Made by a program: the position numbers and the translations under genes
Shown here: in pieces, positions 50,506-59,481 of the stretch
How positions within the stretch are numbered: position 1 is the first letter of the stretch
Layout of the letters: every line of letters begins with the position of its first letter
The notes under the pieces: model-generated
The model's input: the letters and a program-made list of their open reading frames with translations, nothing else
Database searches by the model: none
Told to the model about the DNA's origin: nothing
Assembly: GCA_963848135.1 (NCBI GenBank)
Contig: CAWKCK010000003.1
Coordinates: 620,001-684,000 of the forward strand
Source: an uncultured delta proteobacterium
GTDB taxonomy: Bacteria > Desulfobacterota > Desulfobacteria > Desulfobacterales > SG8-13
DNA length: 64,000 bases
Direction of reading: 5' to 3'

Positions 50506-52053
50506 TTATCCTTTTGAACTTTCAGACTTTTCGAGATCCAACTGAAACCGCACCGGGCCGCGGGAGCCGTCATCATAACGCTTGTGAAGGGCGAAATCGC
50601 TATCAGGATGCGACCAGGATGTGGCGATGGCGCCGTGTCCCTTGGGAAAACCGGTCACCTCGGCGTCTACAAAATCGAGAGGCGACAGAGCGGCCTCGCG
50701 GTCCACGAGATCGTCTTGCCTGCCGTAGCAGATGAGAAACGGCAGTTTCTTTTCATTCAGCCGGTTGAAATTGAGGGGACGATCGAAGAGCTTAAAGGGA
50801 AGGCTGCCATCTTTCTCCACCGGCAGCGTATAGGAATCGAAACTCATCTTGGTAATGGCCTCGGGCAGATCATTGCGGTCGTATAAGAGCCAGTTGTTGA
50901 TGGCGGCCGCTGTTTTGCTGATGGGGCGCTCGCGGTCGCCATTCCTGTCGAACATCATCAGGTCGCGGTAAAAGTTGTAAAGCGGGGCCTCATTTTCCAT
51001 GCTCTTGAGTTTGTAAACCCAGCTCATGACTTTGCCGTCTACGATTCGGTTGCCGTTGGGTAAATTCTTAACCGCATATCCGAGGTCTCTGAACCGGGGC
51101 GGCAGGTGTTCCAGATAATCGATCAACGCTTTGCTCCGCGTACCGTCCATCGGCGCGACGCACGTGATCAATGCATCCACGAGTCCATCGAGTTTTCCGG
51201 TCAGCAGGCTGCACATGGCAACAAATCCCCCCTGACAGAATCCGTTGAGCGTGACTGGCTTGGCGTGAATGGCCTTGATTTTTTCACAAAAATACCGGGT
51301 GTCGAGCGCTTCATCTTCCCCGGTGAGGGCTTGTACCGACGGGGACGTGTTGATATCCTTGATGATACGGATGTATGTCGGAATCCCCTGATCGGCATAG
51401 GCATGCACGTAACTCTTTTTCTCCCCCGGCAGGAATGCCAGGATATTGGCGCCCAGGACATACGGTGGAATGATCAAAATCGGTTTGCCGCCGGATCGTG
51501 GTGCGCCACCGTTGCGGGGCAGAACCTGGTATACGGTGAACCGGTCGGTTTCGGCGGTTTTTTTGTAACCACTACCGTCGAAATGAAAACCGTAGTCGGG
51601 TTTAATGGCCCGTATCGCTTGCGGATATTCGAACACGACTTTTTCCAAAAGGGCAGCTTGCTTGGCCACAAATGCGGTCAAGTCGTCTTCTACTTGGCCT
51701 GAAAACGTGTTGAGCCAGGCCGATACGACCTGGGTTGACTTTGCAGTGTGATAATCATTGGCAGCCTTCTGGCTGCTCATGAGCCCTTTTTCGGCGACCT
51801 GGAGGTTAAACTGAAGGAGTTCCAGGTAGTCCTTGAGGGAATCGGCCGGCTGGTGGCGTACGAGTTTGTCTTTTTCCGTGGTCAAAAAGGCATTGAGCGC
51901 AGTCCAGAAGGGAAGCATGAATTCATTGCTGTAACGGTAAACACCTGACCAGTAAGCCTGGTACGCCCGAAATATGTTGCTCGTCAGTTGCAGCGGGGCG
52001 TTAACGGCATTTTCCGACAGCCGTCCTATGAAATCGAAACCGAAAATGTTCAT
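50506..52053 (-). CDS. PhaC/PhaZ-like alpha/beta hydrolase with a Cys nucleophile
   Basis: PILIIPP, GFCQGG, G..DDLV, KGH (candidate Cys-Asp-His triad); long helical N-terminus. Confidence 0.7.
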   Translation of the reverse strand: MNIFGFDFIGRLSENAVNAPLQLTSNIFRAYQAYWSGVYRYSNEFMLPFWTALNAFLTTEKDKLVRHQPADSLKDYLELLQFNLQVAEKGLMSSQKAANDYHTAKSTQVVSAWLNTFSGQVEDDLTAFVAKQAALLEKVVFEYPQAIRAIKPDYGFHFDGSGYKKTAETDRFTVYQVLPRNGGAPRSGGKPILIIPPYVLGANILAFLPGEKKSYVHAYADQGIPTYIRIIKDINTSPSVQALTGEDEALDTRYFCEKIKAIHAKPVTLNGFCQGGFVAMCSLLTGKLDGLVDALITCVAPMDGTRSKALIDYLEHLPPRFRDLGYAVKNLPNGNRIVDGKVMSWVYKLKSMENEAPLYNFYRDLMMFDRNGDRERPISKTAAAINNWLLYDRNDLPEAITKMSFDSYTLPVEKDGSLPFKLFDRPLNFNRLNEKKLPFLICYGRQDDLVDREAALSPLDFVDAEVTGFPKGHGAIATSWSHPDSDFALHKRYDDGSRGPVRFQLDLEKSESSKG

Positions 52054-52094
52054 CTATCCAATATCCCTCGCGCGCCACCCATTAAATCTACCGA

Positions 52095-52370
52095 TTATTT
52101 AGATTTTTTTTGGCTCTCAAAAAAATCCAATACTTTTTTGTAATTTCCGTCAGCCGCTTTTTTAAAATCCTGGTTTCCTTTTTTGTACGTTTCGACCCAC
52201 TCCATGATCAGTTTCTTGCCTTCTGCCGGCATCCAGGTCGCCTGCTCCAAGAACGTATTGACCATCTTTTCATTTTGCTCGCCAATAGTCAACATGGCAT
52301 TGAAGCTGTTATCAAAAGCGGTCTTGTTGAATTCGAGCATTTGTTTCAGCATTTGATTTGGATCCATCAT
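52095..52370 (-). CDS. Small helical protein, putative phasin
   Basis: KQM..F.K..FDN.F...EQ.E...W.P.EG....EW...YKKG...FK; PHA context; paralogue of the neighbour. Confidence 0.65.
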   Translation of the reverse strand: MMDPNQMLKQMLEFNKTAFDNSFNAMLTIGEQNEKMVNTFLEQATWMPAEGKKLIMEWVETYKKGNQDFKKAADGNYKKVLDFFESQKKSK

Positions 52371-52408
52371 AATAGCCTCCCTTATTTGTCTTGTTGTTTA
52401 ATCCAGTA

Positions 52409-52711
52409 TTACTTGGTTTTTATCGATGGGCTTGCTTGGGTTTTTACCTCTGGGGGCGTCGTGAAAAGGTCGACAAGTTTTCCAAAACCATCGTCGACGA
52501 TGCCCTTGAAATCAGTACGACCTTTTTTATAGGCGATGTTCCAATCGTCGATCATTCGCCGGTTTTCTTTGGGCAGCCAGGCGGTTTGCGCCAAAGTCGT
52601 TTCGAACAGTCTTTCCGTTTGATCCTGCACCATGACCAGGGCGTTGAAGGTGTTGTTAAAAGTGGCTTTCTGGAAATCAATCAATTGTTTTGCAAAATTT
52701 TCTGTCTCCAT
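52409..52711 (-). CDS. Small helical protein, putative phasin
   Basis: Same pattern as 52095-52370; divergent from phaR. Confidence 0.65.
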   Translation of the reverse strand: METENFAKQLIDFQKATFNNTFNALVMVQDQTERLFETTLAQTAWLPKENRRMIDDWNIAYKKGRTDFKGIVDDGFGKLVDLFTTPPEVKTQASPSIKTK

Positions 52712-52821
52712 GTTATGGATACCTCCTCGGGTAATGAAATTAAAAAAATCAATTCGACGGCGATTTTGACGCTGTAACTGGAAACTAATATAGACACCTG
52801 TGGGATATTGTCAACAAAAAT

Positions 52822-52978
52822 ATTGCACTGCACAATTTTTTTTATTGTTTGATATACATTGTATAAAAACCAGTTAAGTGTTTTAAGTATCTGTAATAAA
52901 TATTTAAAACAATATCTTACCATGGGTTGAAAAGTGAAATTTTAGGTACCAGGCGAACATTTTGTTGCACCGTAGCAT
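52822..52978. promoter_or_regulatory. Two candidate PhaR operators
   Basis: ATTGCACTGCACAAT (~52822) and TGTTGCACCGTAGCA (~52963) resemble TGC-N3-GCA PhaR sites; located between divergent phasin-like genes and phaR. Confidence 0.5.
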
Positions 52979-53018
52979 CTTGGTGACTGCTCTTAGATAT
53001 GCCGAAAGGAAAAATTGA

Positions 53019-53495
53019 ATGACCGATAATACGATCGTGCTCAAGAAATACGCCAATAGACGGTTGTATGACACGACCCGGAGCGCTTATGTCACTCTCG
53101 ATGAGGTGGCGGAGATGGTCAGGCAGGGCCAGGTCGTCCGTGCCGTCGATGCCAAAACCAATGAGGATGTGACCGCTTTTGTTCTGACGCAAATCGTTCT
53201 TGAAGAGGCCCGGAAGAAAAATGCTTTGTTGCCGGTGCCGTTACTGCACATGGTCATCCGCTACGGTGACAACGTCTTGGTTGATTTTTTTGACAAATAC
53301 CTGGAGAAAATCGTCAGAAACTATCTCGAATACAAGAGTACGATGGATGAGCAGTTCAAAAAGTGGCTTAATTTCGGCGCCGGTATGTCGGAACTGACTC
53401 AGAAATCGATGGTGAGCATGGCGCCATTTTCCACCTTGTTCAAACCAAAGCCGGAATCGAGAAAGAAAGAGAATAAAAACAGCGATTCGGAATGA
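53019..53495 (+). CDS. phaR: PHA synthesis repressor
   Basis: KKYANRRLYDT..S.YVTL, D.KT.EDVT..VLTQI..EE, LP...LH. Confidence 0.93.
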   Translation: MTDNTIVLKKYANRRLYDTTRSAYVTLDEVAEMVRQGQVVRAVDAKTNEDVTAFVLTQIVLEEARKKNALLPVPLLHMVIRYGDNVLVDFFDKYLEKIVRNYLEYKSTMDEQFKKWLNFGAGMSELTQKSMVSMAPFSTLFKPKPESRKKENKNSDSE

Positions 53496-53596
53496 CCATG
53501 GTATCCAGTAATTTCAAAACAAAGGCAGGTTTTTGCTATCTTATTGACCGAAATCGGTCACTCGGATAAGCTTGAATGCTATTGAGAGGCTTTCAA

Positions 53597-53790
53597 TAGA
53601 AGCCATCTCAAAATTTGGATTTTAGCCCAATGTCAAGGCGGATCCGAGTTTCCCAGCTGTGCGGGACTTCCCGTCTGATCGATTCTCCCTTGTGGGTCGC
53701 AGTTCGCAGGCATACTGAAGTATGTCGAGGACTTGAAACGAGGATCCAACACGGAGATTGAGCAAAAAAACTTTTTTGAGATAGCTTCTA
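53597..53790. repeat. REP/MITE-like element
   Basis: Termini TAGAAGCCATCTCAAAA / TTTTGAGATAGCTTCTA (TA at both ends); inner GCATAC-tgaa-GTATGT. Confidence 0.72.
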
Positions 53791-53836
53791 ATCATGAAAT
53801 GCCGTCTTCGCAGGGAACAAAAAGGGAGGATGACTT

Positions 53837-54262
53837 ATGGTTGGAAAAACGATCGAAGAACTCAGTGTCGGGCAGCAGGCCCGCTTTTCGAAAACGATCA
53901 CCGAAACCGATATTTACCTGTTCGCCGGTGTATCGGGAGATTTCAACCCGGCCCATGTCGATGAAACCTTTGCGGCCGGAACCTATTTCAAGACCCGTAT
54001 CGCCCATGGCATGCTGACCGCCAGTTTTATCTCCACCATCATCGGAACGATGCTACCCGGGCCGGGATCCATTTACATGAGCCAGAATGTCAATTTCCTG
54101 GCGCCGGTCAAAATCGGAGAAACGGTGACGGCCATTGCCGAGGTTGCTGAAATTATTTCGGACAAAAAGCGGGTTCGCCTCAAGACTTGGTGCGTTAACC
54201 AGGCGGGGACAACGGTTCTTGACGGCGAGGCGATGGTGAGTCCACCGCGTAAGCCCAAATAG
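53837..54262 (+). CDS. MaoC/PhaJ-type (R)-specific enoyl-CoA hydratase
   Basis: FA..SGD.NP.H.D, IAHGML, LPG.G.IY..Q...F.APV. Confidence 0.9.
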   Translation: MVGKTIEELSVGQQARFSKTITETDIYLFAGVSGDFNPAHVDETFAAGTYFKTRIAHGMLTASFISTIIGTMLPGPGSIYMSQNVNFLAPVKIGETVTAIAEVAEIISDKKRVRLKTWCVNQAGTTVLDGEAMVSPPRKPK

Positions 54263-54399
54263 TGTCCGTCCAGAAACGGCATCTTTCGACCTTGGCCGGC
54301 GTTCTCACTCTTTTGCAATCCTCGACGTAGCGCGGCTACGCTTGCGAAATCGCTGCGGCTTTGGCCAGGGCCGAATTCTACCATTTCATGACAGACACT
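54261..54399. repeat. REP/MITE-like element
   Basis: Termini AGTGTCCGTCCAGAAACGG / CCATTTCATGACAGACACT; inner CGTAGC-gcg-GCTACG. Confidence 0.68.
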
Positions 54400-54572
54400 C
54401 ATTGGAATTTGGAATGCGGGAATTGGTTTTAAGAAATTCTGCCGGTATTATCAAAAGGAAAAAGCAAAACGATACCGCCAATCCAAATTCTAAAATCAAA
54501 AATTAACGATGAAAGATATATCGTGGACTAAACAACGTTATACTGACAACCACTATACTTATTTTTTGTCGA

Positions 54573-55841
54573 CTATTTAAGCCTGCGCAATGTCGTGGTA
54601 CAGTTTGTGACCGCGGATCCCCCAACGTTAAAAACAACACCGATTTCCGGTATGCCTTTCTTTGGCGCCAGGCCGATTGGCTCCCCCAGCAACTGTTTGT
54701 AGGCCAACGCGTGCATGGAAGCGCCGGTAGCGCCGACGGGGTGCCCTTTCGATTTCAGTCCCCCGGACAAATTGATGGGGCACGTGTCTTCAGGCGTATA
54801 TTTACCGTCAATAAAATCCTGGCCACCCCGGCCATCCTCGGACAGACCCAAGGCCTCGACGCTCAAGATCTGATTGATGGTGAAGCAGTCGTGCACCTCG
54901 GCAAAATCAACATCGGTAATGGTGATCCCGGCTTCGGCAAATGATTTTTTGATCGACAGCTTTCCGGCCACCAGTTCGTGCATGTTGGGACGAACGTTCT
55001 CCGGCATCCTTTCTGTGGTCAGCCCGATTCCGGCGATTTCGACAACTTTTGGGGTGATCGATCCCGCATCGACGGTGGGTGCGAGGACCACTGCCGCCGC
55101 GCCATCTGTCACCAGCGAGCAGTCATGGAGACGCAATGGCGGGGCGATCATCGGATTGCCCCCCTTGCCGCTGTCGGGAAGTTCGAGAATGGCCTTTGCC
55201 GTTGTCAATCCCATCCGGTCCGGTGGGCTCCCTTTTCCGAAATGGGCCAACGGATTATCGATCCCATTACGATAACACAGGGCTGATACGGCCGCGAGCA
55301 TCTGCCGCAAATCCTCATCGCTGTATCCGTAATGCTCCTGGTAGCCTTTGGCATATTCGGCAAAGAGGCCCGGAAAAGTCATACCCTGGGAGCCCTCCGT
55401 CGGCCAGTGGGACGAGCAGGCCAAGGCATGGGTCATCTCCCGGGTGCCGAGCAGGTTCATTTTCTCGACACCGATAACCAGGACTCTGTTGAATCGTCCG
55501 GATTCGATGCCATAAATCGCGTTATAGAGGGCCACGGAAGAGGATGCGCAGGCCCCCTCAGTCCGTGTCGTGGGAACAAAGCGCAAGGCCTCAGGCGCCA
55601 CCTCCAGTCCCAACGGCCCGACGTGTTCCTGGTGAATAAAAAGAGACGGCGAACAGGATCCAATCCAGATACCGTCGATCTCCTTCGGTGCCAATCCGGC
55701 GTCCTCAAGCGCTCCTCTGCCAGCTTCGATCAACAGCTCATAATATGACTTGGTGTCCCGTATCTCACCGGTATCCCTGTTTTTTTCGACGAAGGCGCCA
55801 AATTTGGTGTTATAGGCGCCGACGATACTGACCTTGCTCAT
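54573..55841 (-). CDS. Thiolase, SCP2/SCP-x-like subfamily
   Basis: EGACASS, EVHDCF, GHPVGATG, NVGG. Confidence 0.9.
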   Translation of the reverse strand: MSKVSIVGAYNTKFGAFVEKNRDTGEIRDTKSYYELLIEAGRGALEDAGLAPKEIDGIWIGSCSPSLFIHQEHVGPLGLEVAPEALRFVPTTRTEGACASSSVALYNAIYGIESGRFNRVLVIGVEKMNLLGTREMTHALACSSHWPTEGSQGMTFPGLFAEYAKGYQEHYGYSDEDLRQMLAAVSALCYRNGIDNPLAHFGKGSPPDRMGLTTAKAILELPDSGKGGNPMIAPPLRLHDCSLVTDGAAAVVLAPTVDAGSITPKVVEIAGIGLTTERMPENVRPNMHELVAGKLSIKKSFAEAGITITDVDFAEVHDCFTINQILSVEALGLSEDGRGGQDFIDGKYTPEDTCPINLSGGLKSKGHPVGATGASMHALAYKQLLGEPIGLAPKKGIPEIGVVFNVGGSAVTNCTTTLRRLK

Positions 55842-55880
55842 TCGGTCTCCTTTCCGTTACGATTGCAGGCCGACCACTGG

Positions 55881-56666
55881 TCAACCCCTTGAGCCCAATC
55901 GCAGTCCGCCGTGGATGTAGTAAACATCACCGGCAAGGGCCTCATTGCGGTAAAGTTCGGATACCAGTGAAGCCACTTCTTCAGTATTTATGAGACGCCC
56001 GATCGGAACGTCTGCCAGAATCTTGTCCAGGGCTTTCTGATTCATCCCTTCCAGGATTGGGGTCGCACAATAACCGGGTGCAATGGCCACACAGCGAATC
56101 TTGTCGGCCATGCCGCGCCGAAAGAATTCGGCCGTGATTACTTTCGGCATCACCGACATACCGGCCTTGGTGGCGGAGTAATTGATCTGACCAGCCGTGC
56201 CCAAGGAACCGGTGGAAGAGACCAGGCAGATCAGGCCCCGGCAATTATTGTTGATCATCCGTTCGGCACATTCGCGCACCGTCAAGAAAACGCCGGTCAG
56301 GTTAATGTCGACCACTTTCTGGAAGTTCTCCAACGACATCTTCTTGATGACCTTGCCGGTGTCCCGGCTGGTTGACAGCAACAACCCATCCCTGATGATA
56401 CCGGCAAAAGGGGCCACAAGGTTGATCCGGCCGAGCTTTTCGATGGCTGTGTCGGCCAAGCGGGCATTGTCTTCCTCTTTGGCGACGTCGCAGACTACCG
56501 TAACGGCACCACCCTCGATTTCCGCTGCCGCTTTTTCGAGTCCATCGGCAGAAACATCACCGAGAACGACTTTTCCACCGTTTTTCACCCAGTATTTGGC
56601 CAGCGCCAGGCCGATGCCGCTGGCACCACCCGTGATAACCGCCACCGCATCTTTTATTTCCAGCAT
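55881..56666 (-). CDS. SDR oxidoreductase (3-oxoacyl-CoA/acetoacetyl-CoA reductase-like)
   Basis: TGGASGIG, AGI.RDG, SS, GQ.NYSATK. Confidence 0.88.
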   Translation of the reverse strand: MLEIKDAVAVITGGASGIGLALAKYWVKNGGKVVLGDVSADGLEKAAAEIEGGAVTVVCDVAKEEDNARLADTAIEKLGRINLVAPFAGIIRDGLLLSTSRDTGKVIKKMSLENFQKVVDINLTGVFLTVRECAERMINNNCRGLICLVSSTGSLGTAGQINYSATKAGMSVMPKVITAEFFRRGMADKIRCVAIAPGYCATPILEGMNQKALDKILADVPIGRLINTEEVASLVSELYRNEALAGDVYYIHGGLRLGSRG

Positions 56667-56864
56667 CTGTTATCCTCCTTATCTGCTTTTGAATGAAATT
56701 TTTGGAAGTCTGCATTGGACAGATTGCAAATGTTTGATTGCGCTTGGTTCCGTACGATACGCTAACTGGCGGGTGGGGGCAACAGAAAAGGTCGGTGGCG
56801 GCGAAGCCGGACGGTGTGGCCCTGAATACTGCAAGTCATATCTTTTACAATCAGGTTCTCAAGG

Positions 56865-57623
56865 CTACGCGGCGAGGTCGAGCCATTCGAGAATCTCTCT
56901 GCGGATTTGATTGGCTTCAAGACTGGTCCGATCCCGCGGGCGTTCTAGATTTATATCAAAAATTTTCAATATTCTCGATGGCCTCGGTGCCATCACGGCG
57001 ATGCGGTCGCTCAGGTAAACGGCTTCGTCGACATTATGGGTCACAAACAGAATTGTGTCGTTTCTCTCTTCCCATATTTTGAGTAGAAAGTTTTGCATCT
57101 TGTCGCGGTTTTGACTATCAAGTGATCCAAAGGGTTCATCCATCAATACCACTTGAGGATTGGCGATAAGCGCGCGCGCGATGGCCACGCGTTGTTTCAT
57201 TCCTCCGGACAACTCTTTTGGGTACTTGTTTTCGAAACCCTGTAACCCGAAGGCCTTGACGTATGCCATCGCTTGTGTCCGCCTTTCTCTGGCCGGAACA
57301 CGCTTGATCTCAAGGCCGACTTCGATGTTTGCGATCAGCCTGCGCCAGGGAAATAGTGCGTATTCCTGAAAGACCATTCCCACCTTGTCGTTAGGACCGT
57401 TAAGGCGTTCACCGTTCAAGAGGATATTTCCCGCCGTTATCGCTTCCAGGCCGGCAATCATTCGCAACAGGGTGGTCTTGCCGCAACCGCTCGGGCCCAC
57501 AAGGGTAAAAAACTGCCCTTTTTCGACGGTACAATCAACCCGGTCAAAAACCTGTACGGCATCATCGGCGGCAGCACCGGTGTACACTTTTTTCAAACCG
57601 GATATATCGAGTGTAAGTGCCAT
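56865..57623 (-). CDS. ABC ATPase, SsuB/TauB/NrtD type
   Basis: [33 protein letters not shown]. Confidence 0.93.
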   Translation of the reverse strand: MALTLDISGLKKVYTGAAADDAVQVFDRVDCTVEKGQFFTLVGPSGCGKTTLLRMIAGLEAITAGNILLNGERLNGPNDKVGMVFQEYALFPWRRLIANIEVGLEIKRVPARERRTQAMAYVKAFGLQGFENKYPKELSGGMKQRVAIARALIANPQVVLMDEPFGSLDSQNRDKMQNFLLKIWEERNDTILFVTHNVDEAVYLSDRIAVMAPRPSRILKIFDINLERPRDRTSLEANQIRREILEWLDLAA

Positions 57624-57632
57624 GACTTTCTC

Positions 57633-58388
57633 TTAACGCCATTGGATTATTTGGCGTTCGATGATCTTGAGGCAGGCATCGATACCCAAACCGATGAGGC
57701 CGATGACAAGCATACCGGCAATGATTTCATCGGATCGCTGAATATCCCTTGCCGTCATGATCATATAACCGAGCCCATATCCTTGTTTGACGCCCGTAAA
57801 CTCGGCCGCGACAAGCGTCATCCACCCGATACCGATACCGATACGCATACCGGTCAGAATCGAGGGGATGGCCCCGGGCACCAATACTTTGAGAAAAATA
57901 AATCGACGGCCCGCGTTCAGAACACGTGCAGCTTCGATGAGAACCGGATCAATGGAATGGACCCCGCTGATTGTATTCAAAAGGATCGGGAAAAAGGCGC
58001 CAAGGAAGATGATAAAAGCCGCCGATTTGCCACCGATGCCAAACCAGAGAATGGCAATAGGAATCCAGGCCAACGGTGGTATGGGGCGAATCATTTCAAT
58101 CAAAGGTTCGATTAGGCCTCTGATTGTACCTGACCACCCCATCAGGAGGCCCAAGGGAATGGCGGTCAGTAAAGCCAGTGCATACCCCCACATGACCCGT
58201 TGCAGGCTATGGTATATGTGAACATGCAGCAGATGTCCCGGCGGCATTCCCGTCTGGACCAGATCGATCAACCCTGCGGCGACTTCCACCGGTGACGGCA
58301 GCTTATAGGCTGGAATTATTCCGGAAGTGGACAAGCCCTGCCATACCAAAATAAGGATTACAGGCGGCAGTAGCCGTTTCCAACTCAT
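57633..58388 (-). CDS. ABC permease, SsuC/TauC type
   Basis: RPIPPLAWIP.AILWFG, EAAR, W..LVAAE. Confidence 0.93.
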   Translation of the reverse strand: MSWKRLLPPVILILVWQGLSTSGIIPAYKLPSPVEVAAGLIDLVQTGMPPGHLLHVHIYHSLQRVMWGYALALLTAIPLGLLMGWSGTIRGLIEPLIEMIRPIPPLAWIPIAILWFGIGGKSAAFIIFLGAFFPILLNTISGVHSIDPVLIEAARVLNAGRRFIFLKVLVPGAIPSILTGMRIGIGIGWMTLVAAEFTGVKQGYGLGYMIMTARDIQRSDEIIAGMLVIGLIGLGIDACLKIIERQIIQWR

Positions 58389-59356
58389 TGCGGCAAAATT
58401 TCCTTAAGTATGTCCGGCTGGATGAACTGGTCAACAAATCGGTCCGGGTCATCCAGGTGGATGTAACCGAGCTCGGAAAGAAATTGCACGTATTCCTTTT
58501 CGCCCTGAATGCTCAGATCATAGGTATAGTGGACGTTCTGCATGGCCTGCCGAACCGTTTGCTCATCCATGCCGGTATACTTGACACCAATCTTAACGGC
58601 TTCATCCGGATACCGGTGAATATAGTCAGTGGCCTGAACATGGGATTTTACAACGGCTTTGACCCTTTCAGGCTGCGCGGTCATAAACCCTTTGTCCGTG
58701 ACGAGAACGCAGCATGGGTGGCCGGGCCACAATTTCTTCGATGTGGCCAGATTCCGACCGACCGACTGGGTGTCGGCTTTTGAGGGGTAGGGTTCCCAGG
58801 CAATAAAGGCATCGATTTGATCGGTGCGGAGCGCACCAATCATCTCTGGCGGTTTCAACACAATAATATTCACGAGCTTTAGTTCAATGCCCTTTTCTCG
58901 AAGCGCCCGGCGCAGAAGAAAATCCTGGACCGTTGAATGTCCCGGAACGGCAACCGTTTTACCGCGCAAATCGGATAGCTTATCAATTCCGGTGTTATTT
59001 TTGGCCACGACCAGGGCAGAACCTTCGGTGTTGACCTGGGATACGACCACGACCCTGGCGGCTTTGTTCGCGACGGCGGTAGTAGACGGTGCTTCGCCGA
59101 CGTAGGCCATATCCAGTTCTCCAGCGGCAAAGGCCGTCATGATCTCGGGGCCGGCTTTAAACACACCCCCCACTTCAACGTTTGCGCCGTTTTGTTCGAA
59201 AAGTCCTTTTTCAATAGCGACCCAAAGGGCAAGATGATGTATATCGCTCTGAAGGTAGGCCATCCGGATCGGCTTGTTCAAAGATTCAGCGCCGCATCCG
59301 GTGCCGGTAATCAACATGAAGGCGATGATTGTTGCGGCCGTGTAGATTCGTTTCAT
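58385..59356 (-). CDS. ABC substrate-binding lipoprotein, SsuA/NMT1 type
   Basis: Lipobox GTGC, G.E...A..AGELD..Y.G, DL.GK.VAVP, AWEP. Confidence 0.9.
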   Translation of the reverse strand: MKRIYTAATIIAFMLITGTGCGAESLNKPIRMAYLQSDIHHLALWVAIEKGLFEQNGANVEVGGVFKAGPEIMTAFAAGELDMAYVGEAPSTTAVANKAARVVVVSQVNTEGSALVVAKNNTGIDKLSDLRGKTVAVPGHSTVQDFLLRRALREKGIELKLVNIIVLKPPEMIGALRTDQIDAFIAWEPYPSKADTQSVGRNLATSKKLWPGHPCCVLVTDKGFMTAQPERVKAVVKSHVQATDYIHRYPDEAVKIGVKYTGMDEQTVRQAMQNVHYTYDLSIQGEKEYVQFLSELGYIHLDDPDRFVDQFIQPDILKEILPQ

Positions 59357-59481
59357 TGGTTCACCCTTATACCACCCTCCAATATTTCGGAATATTTTTC
59401 GAAAAACGGCATACTATCATTCCATTGGCTACGAGTGCAAGAGGGCAATCAGTTAAATAGGCTAACGGTTTAGGAATCGCG

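Noticed and set aside
56735..56850. Riboswitch upstream of the SDR/thiolase genes
   Set aside because: GC-rich, but I recognise no conserved riboswitch core motif.
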